Below are positions 41,073-49,834 of a DNA stretch of 52,835 bases, in pieces. The DNA is taken from assembly GCA_001871495.1 (NCBI GenBank), contig MNVG01000016.1, forward strand, positions 1-52,835, given 5' to 3'. How positions within the stretch are numbered: the stretch's first letter is position 1; each line of letters opens with the position of its first letter. The notes below the pieces were generated by a model that was not told the DNA's origin, did no database searches, and saw only the letters and a list, made by a program, of their open reading frames with translations. Position numbers and translations under genes: made by a program. Source of the stretch: Candidatus Micrarchaeota archaeon CG1_02_51_15. Lineage in GTDB: Archaea; Micrarchaeota; Micrarchaeia; Norongarragalinales; UBA8480.

Positions 41073-42047
41073 ATGCTTGCCTTACCCAAGAACAAAGCGC
41101 GGGATTTTCTGCTTGAATTAAAGCGCGCAGAGCCCAATCGCCAAGTGTTGGCGCCAATTGCAGACGGGCGCGAAACCAGGTATTTCATCTTCCCATCTAC
41201 ATTCCCGCTTTTCACTGAATCCCTGCCATCTTACTCTGCCAAAAAGTTTTTTCTCCCACCTCGCGAAGACCTCTTTAGGTTCAGAGCCGCCAAAGGAAAA
41301 TACGAGGCAACAGAAGAAAACTTGGAGTGCGACCGCGTGCTTTTCGGACTACGCCACTGCGACGTGCACGGACTCAAGGTTTTGGACAAGTTCTTCAACG
41401 ACGACTCGTCGGACAACTACTGGCGCAGGCGCGAAGGCACTGCAATTATTGCGTTGAACTGCCCGCAGCCTGCGGCCTCGTGTTTTTGCGACGCAATGGG
41501 AACGCGGCACTCTAAAGGAGCGGACGTTGAACTTGAAGATGCGGGAAAAGAATGGCTGTTGGAAGCAAAGACCCGCGTCGGAAAAAAGCTGGCTGCCCAA
41601 ACAAGCGAAACACTGGTTGAAAGCAACGCCAAACCGCTACAGGAAGAGCCATGCGCGATTAACGCATCCAAGCACAAGCTGCTTGCACTTAAAGAAAACG
41701 AAGGTTTTTGGGACGCCATTGCTTCAGGCTGCTTAAACTGCGGAGCGTGCAACATCGTCTGCCCAACGTGCACTTGCTTCGACGTTGAAGACGACTGCAC
41801 GCTTGAAGGCGAGGGCTCGCGATGCAGGCACTGGACGAGCTGCGTGTTGAACGACTACACCCGAACTGCAGGAGACCACGTTTTTAGAAAAGGCAATCGC
41901 GAAAAGGCATTGATTCGCGTCCAGCACAAGCTGGGTTGGTTTAAAGAAAAGTTCGGCGAAGCAAGTTGCACAGGCTGCGGCCGCTGTTCGTTGCACTGCC
42001 CGACTAAAGTATCGACTGCAGACGTTGCACTAAAGTGGTTGAAATAA
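41073..42047 (+). CDS. hydB: group 3b [NiFe] hydrogenase (sulfhydrogenase) beta subunit, 4Fe-4S protein (AsrA-like)
   Basis: Ferredoxin-type clusters CLNCGACNIVCPTCTCF and CTGCGRCSLHCP. It is the first gene of a four-gene cluster in the order beta-gamma-delta-alpha. Confidence 0.8.
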   Translation: MLALPKNKARDFLLELKRAEPNRQVLAPIADGRETRYFIFPSTFPLFTESLPSYSAKKFFLPPREDLFRFRAAKGKYEATEENLECDRVLFGLRHCDVHGLKVLDKFFNDDSSDNYWRRREGTAIIALNCPQPAASCFCDAMGTRHSKGADVELEDAGKEWLLEAKTRVGKKLAAQTSETLVESNAKPLQEEPCAINASKHKLLALKENEGFWDAIASGCLNCGACNIVCPTCTCFDVEDDCTLEGEGSRCRHWTSCVLNDYTRTAGDHVFRKGNREKALIRVQHKLGWFKEKFGEASCTGCGRCSLHCPTKVSTADVALKWLK

Positions 42048-42841
42048 GTTCCTATATTCCCGAAAAAGCGAAAATCATCGGATTGAAAGACGAGACACGC
42101 GACATTAGGACGTTCACGCTTGAAGAAGGCGGAAAAAAAGCGTTTTTCTTCGAACCAGGCCAGTTCGTCGAACTCTCGGTAATAGGAGTCGGTGAAAGCC
42201 CGTTCTCGATTTCCTCAGCGCCAGGCGAGGCATTGGGACTGACGGTAAAAAACGTCGGGGACGTCACGCAGGCAATGTTTAATTTGAAAAAAGGAGATGA
42301 AGTCGGCGTGCGCGGGCCTTTTGGCACGCATTACCCGCTTGAGAAAATGACGGGCCGCGACCTTGTTTTCGTCGCAGGCGGCTTCGGAATGGCTTCGCTG
42401 GCTTCGGCAGTCAAGCACGCGCTCCGCAACAAAAAAAAGTTCGGCCGCCTTTCGCTTTACTACGGCGCAAGAAGCCCTGACGAATTCGTTTTCACTTCCG
42501 AAATCAAGCAATGGACCAAACGCGGGTTGAAAGTAACCCGCACAATAGACAATAAGTGCAAAGGATGGAAAGAATGCGTAGGATTCGTCCACGAGGCAAT
42601 GAAACACAGGCCCCCGTCCAAAGACTGCACGGCGTTCGTGTGCGGTCCCCCGCGAATGATTGACGCGGCTGCGGCGCAGCTTGCAGACACCGGCATCTCC
42701 GAAAAACGCATTTTCGTTTCGTTGGAACGCAAGATGTGCTGCGGAATAGGAAAGTGCGGCCACTGCCTAGTGCACGGCAAGTACGTCTGCAGGGACGGGC
42801 CGGTGTTCAACTACGAAGAAGCCAAAGAAGTAATGGAATGA
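42035..42841 (+). CDS. hydG: group 3b hydrogenase gamma subunit (FNR-like FAD/NAD(P)-binding oxidoreductase with C-terminal 2Fe-2S; AsrB-like)
   Basis: FNR-like beta-barrel (PGQFVELS), NAD(P)-binding VFVAGGFGMA, and the C-terminal cluster CCGIGKCGHCLV. It overlaps hydB by 13 nt. Confidence 0.8.
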   Translation: MVEISSYIPEKAKIIGLKDETRDIRTFTLEEGGKKAFFFEPGQFVELSVIGVGESPFSISSAPGEALGLTVKNVGDVTQAMFNLKKGDEVGVRGPFGTHYPLEKMTGRDLVFVAGGFGMASLASAVKHALRNKKKFGRLSLYYGARSPDEFVFTSEIKQWTKRGLKVTRTIDNKCKGWKECVGFVHEAMKHRPPSKDCTAFVCGPPRMIDAAAAQLADTGISEKRIFVSLERKMCCGIGKCGHCLVHGKYVCRDGPVFNYEEAKEVME

Positions 42842-42850
42842 TAACCTTCA

Positions 42851-43621
42851 ATGAAAACCAAAAAAATCAGGGCGGGAGTTTTTTCGTTTACGGCCTGTTA
42901 CGGCTGCCAACTCCAGCTTTTTAAGGCCGAAGAGTTCATGGAAACAATCAAGGCAATCGACTTCGTTGACTTCGAACTCGTTTCGGAAAAAAGCGACGAA
43001 AAAACGGCGTTGGACGCCGCGTTCGTTGAAGGCGCAATAGCACGCGCCGAACAAGTTCCACTCCTGAAGAAAATCCGCGAACGCACTTCTTTTCTGGTTG
43101 CAATAGGCGCCTGTGCTTGCGACGGAGGCATTCCCGCAATCAAGTCGTTTTGCAACGAGGCCGAAGCCGAGCGCACGGTTTACAGCGAGGACTTTCGCAA
43201 GAACCTGCACTCGATAAGTCCAAGGCCTATTGACGCGCACGTGAAAGTCGATTACTACATGCGCGGCTGCCCAGTAGAACGCACGGAATTCCACAAGGTT
43301 GCGCGCGCGCTTGCCTTGGGTAGACGGCCTCGGGAAAAAAGGCAGCCGGTCTGCGTCGAGTGCAAGATAAAAGAAAACGTCTGCTTATTCGAACTGGGCC
43401 GAACTTGCCTGGGGCCAATAACAAACGGCGGCTGCAAGGCACTGTGCCCATCCAACAACGCGGCGTGCGAAGGCTGCAGGGGCGCATCTTGGGACGCCAA
43501 CTTACCTGCATTCGTAGGCCTGCTTGAAAAGTATAACGTGCCCCGCAGCCGAATCAAGCAGATGCTGCAAAGGTTCAGCGGACGAAACAAGGAGTTTGAA
43601 GAATTCGTTAAAAAACTTTGA
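42851..43621 (+). CDS. hydD: group 3b [NiFe] hydrogenase delta (small) subunit
   Basis: N-terminal FTACYGCQ (proximal cluster), GACACDGG, and C-terminal Cys clusters (CVECK...C; GGCKALCP...CEGC). This matches the NuoB/20-kDa-like hydrogenase small-subunit pattern. Confidence 0.8.
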   Translation: MKTKKIRAGVFSFTACYGCQLQLFKAEEFMETIKAIDFVDFELVSEKSDEKTALDAAFVEGAIARAEQVPLLKKIRERTSFLVAIGACACDGGIPAIKSFCNEAEAERTVYSEDFRKNLHSISPRPIDAHVKVDYYMRGCPVERTEFHKVARALALGRRPREKRQPVCVECKIKENVCLFELGRTCLGPITNGGCKALCPSNNAACEGCRGASWDANLPAFVGLLEKYNVPRSRIKQMLQRFSGRNKEFEEFVKKL

Positions 43622-43639
43622 CGTAACAGGGACTGCAAA

Positions 43640-44953
43640 ATGGAAAAAAAGACGATCCGAATCGAGCGGCTTTCGAAGATAGAAGGCCACGCCAACCTCT
43701 CGGTTTCACTCGAAGGAAAGAAAGTCACGGACGTGAAGATGAAGGTTTTCGAGGCCGCGCAGTATTACGAAGCAATGGTAAAAAGCAAGCCATTTCACGA
43801 AATTCCGTTGACAACTGCGCGTATTTGCGGCTTCTGTTCACAAGCACACCAGAACACCGCGTTGCAGGCGATTGAAAACGCGCTGGACATCGAACCGTCT
43901 AGGCAGACAATGTTGTTGCGCGAGCTGCTTCAGATAGGCCAGTTCGTAACCAGTCATTCGCTGCACTTGTATTTCTTGGCGTTGCCCGACTACCTGGGTT
44001 TCGACAATGCGATTCAAATGGCGTCCAAACACCCGCGGGAAGTGCAGCAAGCGCTTGAAATCAAGCACGTTGCAACCGAGCTAGTTAACGCAGTAGGCGC
44101 ACGGGAAATCCACTCGATAAACGCAATGGTTGGCGGATTTTCAAGCATTCCTACAAAGTCCAAGCTGGAAATGTTGCGCAACAAAGTGACGCAATCAAAG
44201 CAAGCTTCGCTGGAGTGCGTTAAGACGTTCGGTTCGCTGCAAACGCCTGACTTCCAAATCCCCGCACACTACGCGTGTCTTTTCCAAGAAGGCGATTACC
44301 CTTTGATGGATGGAATGATTGAATCAAGCGAGTGCCAAGCCGACGGAGGAAAATGCATTCAAGTAAATAAGACGCATTACCGCACGGCAATAAGGGAATA
44401 CTTGAAGCCGTACTCGAGCGCAAAGTTCGCGACGTTTGCCGACTCTACTTACTTTGTTGGCGCGCTTGCACGCGTAAACAACCATTACCCGTTGCTTTCG
44501 GAAGACGCCAAGAAAGCGGCGGAAGAAACAGGCGTTCGCTTTCCGAACCATTCTCCGTTTATCAACAACCTTGCGCAGGCAATCGAACTCGTGCACTTCC
44601 ACGACCGCGCAATAGAAATTCTGGAAGAACTTTCGAAAACGATTGCGAACGAGCCGCTGCCACGCATTGAAGGCCGCGCCGGAACGGGAGTGGGCGCAAC
44701 AGAAGCACCTCGGGGAATATTGTTGCACGAATACGAACTTGATTCCGCAGGACGAGTGGAGCACGCAAACATAGTTACGCCGACTGCGCAGAACCTGCGG
44801 CACTTGGAGCAGAGCATCCGCGAGTACGTGCCGTGGCTCTTGCACCTTAGCGACGAAAAAATTTCGTTGGAACTCGAAAAGCTCGTGCGGGCGTACGACC
44901 CGTGCTTCTCGTGCGCAACACACTTCCTTAAATTAAAGCTCGAAAGGAAATAA
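43640..44953 (+). CDS. hydA: group 3b [NiFe] hydrogenase alpha (large, catalytic) subunit
   Basis: N-terminal Ni-Fe ligand motif RICGFCSQAH (RxCGxCxxxH) and C-terminal DPCFSCATH (DPCxxCxxH). Confidence 0.9.
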   Translation: MEKKTIRIERLSKIEGHANLSVSLEGKKVTDVKMKVFEAAQYYEAMVKSKPFHEIPLTTARICGFCSQAHQNTALQAIENALDIEPSRQTMLLRELLQIGQFVTSHSLHLYFLALPDYLGFDNAIQMASKHPREVQQALEIKHVATELVNAVGAREIHSINAMVGGFSSIPTKSKLEMLRNKVTQSKQASLECVKTFGSLQTPDFQIPAHYACLFQEGDYPLMDGMIESSECQADGGKCIQVNKTHYRTAIREYLKPYSSAKFATFADSTYFVGALARVNNHYPLLSEDAKKAAEETGVRFPNHSPFINNLAQAIELVHFHDRAIEILEELSKTIANEPLPRIEGRAGTGVGATEAPRGILLHEYELDSAGRVEHANIVTPTAQNLRHLEQSIREYVPWLLHLSDEKISLELEKLVRAYDPCFSCATHFLKLKLERK

Positions 44954-44958
44954 TTTAA

Positions 44959-45492
44959 ATGAAACCCGGACGTGAAGTAATCGTTTGCCGCAATGAAAGC
45001 GAGATTGCCGATTGCCTGCAAGTAAGGCGGGGCGTGTTCACAGTTGAACAAGGCATTGACGCGGCTGAAGACCTCGACGGAAAAGATTCCCGCGCAGTTC
45101 ACGCGCTTGCACGCGTTGACGGAAAACCCGTCGGAACCGCCAGGGTGGTTATTGAAGGTAAAACCGGAAGAGTAGGCCGCGTGGCGGTATTACGGCAATG
45201 GCGAAAGCAAGGCATTGACGTCGCTTTGATTGAAGCAGTCAAAAAGGAAGCAAGAAAAAGGAGAGTTACCGAATATATTCTGGACGCCCAAATTTCGGCG
45301 ACTGGTTTTTACGAGAAAATCGGTTACGTAAAAACAGGGCGCGAATTCATGGAAGTAGGAATTCCTCACATTAAGATGCAAAAAAAAGGTGAACTAAATG
45401 GTTTTGAAGAGCAAAGCTTCGCGCAGACGCAGCAAGGAACAACGCAAGATACGCGTGCAGAGCAAGGCGAAAGCAAGACGGCGTTCTGTTAA
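44959..45492 (+). CDS. GNAT-family N-acetyltransferase
   Basis: RVAVLRQWRKQGIDVALIEAV matches the acetyl-CoA-binding Q/RxxGxG/A motif, followed by GFYEKIGY. Confidence 0.8.
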   Translation: MKPGREVIVCRNESEIADCLQVRRGVFTVEQGIDAAEDLDGKDSRAVHALARVDGKPVGTARVVIEGKTGRVGRVAVLRQWRKQGIDVALIEAVKKEARKRRVTEYILDAQISATGFYEKIGYVKTGREFMEVGIPHIKMQKKGELNGFEEQSFAQTQQGTTQDTRAEQGESKTAFC

Positions 45493-45527
45493 GTAAAACG
45501 AAATACTCTGCGTTGGCAGTGGAAACG

Positions 45528-45953
45528 TCAGAGTTTCCCAACCGGTTGCGAACCTATTGAAAAAAATTCTTCAAGCATAGTTCGAACAGCCAATGCTGCT
45601 TCCTCTTTTTTCATCGCGCGCGGTAACCCGATTACTATTACTTCGTCTATCAAGCCGCTTTCTTTCGCTATTTTCAGGAAAAAGCCGGCGTCGAAATCGT
45701 GTGCAGAAGAAGGCCTATTGTTTTCGAAGCAGTCGAGTCCCTCGAACATACGCGGTTGGGTCAATCCGACTACTGCATCAACCACTACCAGTCTGCGTTC
45801 GTTCTTCTGGCCTGCCAATGCAATCACTTCATCCAGCGAAGCACACTCTGCAAAATCCACGCCGTTTATCTTACCTGCAAGCAATAAGCACGCGTCTAAC
45901 GCAATAGAGTCGCCTTCAAGCGCGCGCGAACCCAGTGCAAACACTGTGTACAC
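45528..45953 (-). CDS. hydrogenase maturation endopeptidase (HycI/HybD-like)
   Basis: The size (141 aa) and three metal-ligand positions fit the family: GSRALEGDS (Glu/Asp), LVVVDAV (Asp) and SSAHDF (His). It lies directly downstream of hypA. Confidence 0.6.
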   Translation of the reverse strand: MYTVFALGSRALEGDSIALDACLLLAGKINGVDFAECASLDEVIALAGQKNERRLVVVDAVVGLTQPRMFEGLDCFENNRPSSAHDFDAGFFLKIAKESGLIDEVIVIGLPRAMKKEEAALAVRTMLEEFFSIGSQPVGKL

Positions 45954-45955
45954 GC

Positions 45956-46285
45956 TTACTTGCCTCCTTTTAAAACGGCTTTGAGGATAATTGCATCGCC
46001 TTCAAGGACTTTAGGCACGCGGCCGCACTTAGGGCATTTGAACAACACCAAGTCGTGCTCACGCGCGACAATAGACGGCCTTCCTGCAAAGCCGCAGCCG
46101 CATTTCACGCAAGCCTGTTTTTCAGAAAGCCGCACTTGCCAATCAACCAACTTGCCTAAAGCTTCTAAGAGTTCTTCACATGTAATTGGCGCAAGCTCGC
46201 CCACCTCCGCTTCTATTTCGCAGATGTCGTCCCCTTCTCTGCGCGCTTCTTCAATCAACTCACTAGCCAAATGCATTTCGTGCAA
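45956..46285 (-). CDS. hypA: hydrogenase nickel-insertion protein HypA
   Basis: The ORF track starts at GTG 46294. A TTG at 46285 gives the canonical N-terminus MHEMHLASELIEEA (MHE Ni-binding motif). The Zn site is CVKCGC...CPKCG. Confidence 0.8.
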   Translation of the reverse strand: MHEMHLASELIEEARREGDDICEIEAEVGELAPITCEELLEALGKLVDWQVRLSEKQACVKCGCGFAGRPSIVAREHDLVLFKCPKCGRVPKVLEGDAIILKAVLKGGK

Positions 46286-46290
46286 TAAAA

Positions 46291-46497
46291 TCACCCTCCA
46301 TAAATAATTCGCACCAACTCCAACTCGTCACCGGACTTAAGGCGCTCGCGGGAATGCACAACCCCTCCGTTAAGCAATGCAATAAAAGTTTCGCGGTTCA
46401 AACCCGTTTCAGCAGCAACAGATCCCACAGTAGCCCCTTTTTCAACCCTCTTGAAAACGGCCTTGTTGCTTATAATCAACTTGACTTTGAAAGACAT
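46291..46497 (-). CDS. ThiS/MoaD-family beta-grasp (ubiquitin-like, SAMP-like) protein ending in Gly-Gly
   Basis: 68 aa. ...ALLNGGVVHSRERLKSGDELELVRIIYGG-stop follows the ThiS pattern (Ng.iv......L.dgD.iEi....GG). Its stop sits within or next to the hypA start. Confidence 0.75.
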   Translation of the reverse strand: MSFKVKLIISNKAVFKRVEKGATVGSVAAETGLNRETFIALLNGGVVHSRERLKSGDELELVRIIYGG

Positions 46498-46651
46498 TCG
46501 GATTAAAATTGAGGGGGCATAGCATTAAATTCCCTTTCTCCCCCAAATAATAACGTCTTCAACCTCCGCTAAAAACGGCTTGCTGACTCTATTAACAATA
46601 ACCGGAAAACGCATCACACCGAGGATGCCCTAAAAAAGGTGAAACACCAAA

Positions 46652-47008
46652 ATGGAAGAACCAATGCAAACGACTGAAGAAACCCGCGAGGAAACCGCTC
46701 CGGCTCCCGCACCCCGCCAATATCCCGAACGCACGGGCGCAGACCGCAACACTATATACATCGGAAAGAAGAACGCGATGGCATACGTACTCGCCGCAGT
46801 AACCCAGTTAAACACTGGCGCAAACGAAATCAAGCTCAAAGCACGCGGACATGCAATAAGCCGCGCAGTCGACACTGAAGAAATAATCAAGAACCGTTTC
46901 TTCCCCTCGTTGAAAATCCAGCAAATAGTACTCTCAACTGAAGACGTTACCTCGGAAGACGGTCGCCCCAGCAAGGTGTCCAGCATCGAAATAACCTTAA
47001 CCAAGTAA
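46652..47008 (+). CDS. albA: Alba (Sso10b/Sac10b) DNA/RNA-binding protein
   Basis: NTIYIGKKNAMAYVLAAVTQLNTGANEIKLKARGHAISRAVDTEEIIKNRF is the Alba core. It has a ~25-aa acidic/Pro N-terminal extension. Confidence 0.88.
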   Translation: MEEPMQTTEETREETAPAPAPRQYPERTGADRNTIYIGKKNAMAYVLAAVTQLNTGANEIKLKARGHAISRAVDTEEIIKNRFFPSLKIQQIVLSTEDVTSEDGRPSKVSSIEITLTK

Positions 47009-47029
47009 ACGACGGAGATGTAAAAAACA

Positions 47030-47260
47030 ATGAAATGCCAACGCTGCGGAAACGAAGCGCACGTCGTCGAACCCTGCCACTACTGCGAACGAATAATCTG
47101 CCGTAACTGCGTAAAAAGCACGCGCACCGTTGCGAAAACTATTCGCCGCGCAATCTGCAAGGACTGCTGGACTAAAATGCCAGAACGCAAGAAATTCAAG
47201 TCCGAACAAGACCCTGCAAAAGTTAAGAAACCGTTCGTCGAACGCACGCGAAGATACTAA
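47030..47260 (+). CDS. small zinc-ribbon/zinc-finger protein with a basic tail
   Basis: 76 aa with four CxxC-type pairs (CQRCG, CHYCERIICRNC, CKDC). Confidence 0.6.
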   Translation: MKCQRCGNEAHVVEPCHYCERIICRNCVKSTRTVAKTIRRAICKDCWTKMPERKKFKSEQDPAKVKKPFVERTRRY

Positions 47261-47286
47261 AAAAACAAAGAGTTGAAACTTAACAA

Positions 47287-47697
47287 ATGGGAGCATACAA
47301 ATACATTCGTGAAACATTCCAGAAAGAATACAATGAACGTAGCCCCCAACTGCGCCAACGCCTCTCCAAATGGAGGAAACAAAACACTTTGACCCGCGTA
47401 GTCAAGCCAACCAACATAACACGGGCACGGTCGCTGGGCTACAAGGCAACCAAAGATTATATAGTTGCCAGAGTACGCGTAAAAAGAGGCAAGCGCCGAA
47501 GGTCCGCAACCTCGCTGGGCCGCAAGCCAGGCAAGAACCGCAAGACGGAAAACCCGGGCAAGCCTTGGCAGTGGTTCGCCGAACAAAAAGCCTCCAAACG
47601 CTACCCCAACATGAACGTAATCAACTCGTACTTCGTCGGAGAAGACGGACAACACGCCTACTACGAAACCATACTCGAGAACAAACAAGCAAAGTAA
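47287..47697 (+). CDS. rpl15e: 50S ribosomal protein L15e (short form)
   Basis: MGAYKYIRETFQKEY...RARSLGYKATKDYIVARVRVKRGKRRR...VINSYFVGEDGQHAYYE matches L15e. At 136 aa it lacks the usual ~50-aa C-terminal segment. Confidence 0.85.
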   Translation: MGAYKYIRETFQKEYNERSPQLRQRLSKWRKQNTLTRVVKPTNITRARSLGYKATKDYIVARVRVKRGKRRRSATSLGRKPGKNRKTENPGKPWQWFAEQKASKRYPNMNVINSYFVGEDGQHAYYETILENKQAK

Positions 47698-47780
47698 ACC
47701 GCCCTTAAAACACGGTTTACTAGCCCCCTCCTTTCTTTTTTCAATCACCTATTTATTTCCGCCTGGCATTCCCAAGTTGA

Positions 47781-48416
47781 ATGCACAAGACCATCAAGAC
47801 ACTGATTGCAATAGACGTAGGCATAAGCGCGGGAATAGGCTTGACTGCCCCGTTGTTTGCGTTGTTCGTAACCGAACAGATTGCAGGCGCGTCGGTTGTC
47901 GAAGTAGGCATTGCAACCGCATTGTTCTGGCTGGTCAAGTCTATTCTCCAAATCCCGGTTGCCACTTACACCGACCGCCAAGGGGTTTACAAAAAGTTTT
48001 TGGCAGGAGGAACCCTCTTAATGGCTTTAGTGCTTTTTGGCTACGCCTTCGCAACAAACGTAACCCAAATCTACGCCTTGCAAGTGCTCGACGGGCTTGC
48101 AACCGCATTAGTGACTCCTGCATGGATGGCGCTGTTCTCACGCAACCTCTCTAAAGGAAAAGAAGGCTTCGAGTGGAGCGTCTACCAAACAACTTCAGGA
48201 ATCGCGACTGCCGCAACCGCAGCAATCGGCGGCGCACTGGTGGCGACAACAGGCTTCCGCAACGCCTACTTGCTAGTCAGCGCAGTTGTCCTTGCAGGCG
48301 CAGCCGCGTACGCCGCGACAAAACCGATTAAACAACCCGCCCTCCACTATTACTCGGAGTTGAAAAAACAGCTTGAAGAAAGGCGGCTTTCTTTCAACAA
48401 GTCAAAGAGAAGATAG
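47781..48416 (+). CDS. six-TM half-size MFS-like transporter protein
   Basis: PVATYTDRQGVYKKF resembles the MFS loop 2-3 motif (D-R-x-G-R-K/R). There are six hydrophobic helices in only 211 aa. Confidence 0.55.
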   Translation: MHKTIKTLIAIDVGISAGIGLTAPLFALFVTEQIAGASVVEVGIATALFWLVKSILQIPVATYTDRQGVYKKFLAGGTLLMALVLFGYAFATNVTQIYALQVLDGLATALVTPAWMALFSRNLSKGKEGFEWSVYQTTSGIATAATAAIGGALVATTGFRNAYLLVSAVVLAGAAAYAATKPIKQPALHYYSELKKQLEERRLSFNKSKRR

Positions 48417-48542
48417 GTAATAAAAAACAGGTAAAACTGGGATGAGGTTACTACCGCATAAACTGCTGCCTTACGCGAACCGCTATTCAAATAAAGAGTA
48501 TGAACGCGATTTATTAACGCCGTAAAACCAATTATTTCCGCA

Positions 48543-49085
48543 ATGAAATGCTATGACTTGAGTTCTTGTGAAAAACGCGCGGCAGCCGCTCTTGGTTACG
48601 CGCCGGCGCCCGCTGCGACTTCCGTCGTCCTGCGCTCGCGCAAAGACATTCCCACCCAACCCGGTTTTTTTGCAGTCCAGTCCGAAAACCCCGACCTTTT
48701 AGTGGAAGCATGCAAACGCGGCACGGCAACATTGGTAATGCCGTTGGACGCGCGGGATTACTGGCGGAACAACGCGTTATTGCAGGCCGCAATTGACAAA
48801 AACCGCGTTTTCGAAATTCCACTGCGGCCGCTGCTACACGCGCACTTCGTCCAACGCGCAAAACTCTTGAACCAAACCCGCTTCTTCCTCAAGCGCTGCG
48901 TAAAACGCGGCGTTGCATTCGTAATAACTTCCCGAGCGGAAAACGAGTACGACTTGAAAAGCCCCCGCGAAGCAATTGCAACAGCCCAATTGCTTGGGTT
49001 GAACTTCCAGCAAGCACAATATGCTTTAAGCAAGCAATGCGAGAAAGTGATTGAAGAATTGGCTGAAAAAGGTAGAACCACATGA
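48543..49085 (+). CDS. rnp3: RNase P protein component 3 (Rpp30)
   Basis: NRVFEIPLRPLL...KRGVAFVITSRAENEYDLKSPREAIATAQLLGL matches the Rpp30 TIM-barrel C-terminal pattern (fEi.l..ll ... iisS.A....dlr.Pr....l...lG). Confidence 0.75.
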   Translation: MKCYDLSSCEKRAAAALGYAPAPAATSVVLRSRKDIPTQPGFFAVQSENPDLLVEACKRGTATLVMPLDARDYWRNNALLQAAIDKNRVFEIPLRPLLHAHFVQRAKLLNQTRFFLKRCVKRGVAFVITSRAENEYDLKSPREAIATAQLLGLNFQQAQYALSKQCEKVIEELAEKGRTT

Positions 49086-49834
49086 TACTACGGCCCAAAA
49101 GCCAAGAGGAAATGATGCGCCAACTGCACGGACTCAAGCCAACGCAACGCAAGGCAGTGGTTTTCTTCGGCCGCCACCCGCGCGAACGCACCGGAAGAAT
49201 TGCGGCAAGCCTGCACAAGGAATGGGAAGTGGCAGGCGCGGTTGCGATTCAAGTGCCGCGTTCGATGACTCCTGAGAAATTCGCGCAAAATATTGCAAAA
49301 GCAAGACGCGTCGGGCCGCGCAAAGCAAATGAAATAGAACTTCCGCCCTCCGACTCGGAACTTTCCGAAGCCGTCCACTCCCGGTTCGAGATTCCGGTGA
49401 TACACTTGCACCGCACTTTTAACACGAAACGCGCTGCGCGCTTGCAAATGTTTGTCGCAAGAAACAGCGGCGTAGACTCTGAGTTTATGGCGACTTTAGG
49501 AATAACGCACAAAACAGCAAAACTAACCCGGGATACGACAAATCGTTACGCAATACATCCTGCGGAAATACTTGTCGAACACAATTACAACGCAACCCCG
49601 TTACCGCCATCCAAAGCCACGTTGAACAACCCGGAAACCTGGTTGTCAACTGCAACCCTACAGCAAACGGCCGCGTTGGATCCGCGGAAAAGCCGGCGTT
49701 TCGACCAAGTTCACCCTGCATACCTCGAGCCATTGCCTAAACCTCCTGAACTTACGCCAGAACTGCGGGCTTCTTTGAACGCGCTCGTGCTTTACGCCGC
49801 CACCAACCCCGCGGACTTCAAGGTGAAAAAATGA
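49082..49834 (+). CDS. possible succinylglutamate desuccinylase/aspartoacylase (AstE/AspA, M14-like Zn hydrolase) family protein
   Basis: VVFFGRHPRERTGRIAASLHKEW parallels the aspartoacylase segment [21 protein letters not shown] (HxxE Zn ligands). PVIHLHRTFNTK parallels iDLHNTTSNMG (third His). ATGA overlaps are present at both ends. Confidence 0.45.
   Translation: MILRPKSQEEMMRQLHGLKPTQRKAVVFFGRHPRERTGRIAASLHKEWEVAGAVAIQVPRSMTPEKFAQNIAKARRVGPRKANEIELPPSDSELSEAVHSRFEIPVIHLHRTFNTKRAARLQMFVARNSGVDSEFMATLGITHKTAKLTRDTTNRYAIHPAEILVEHNYNATPLPPSKATLNNPETWLSTATLQQTAALDPRKSRRFDQVHPAYLEPLPKPPELTPELRASLNALVLYAATNPADFKVKK

Noticed and set aside
44324-45102. 199-aa and 205-aa minus-strand ORFs
   Set aside because: They are antisense to the [NiFe] hydrogenase large subunit and the GNAT gene.
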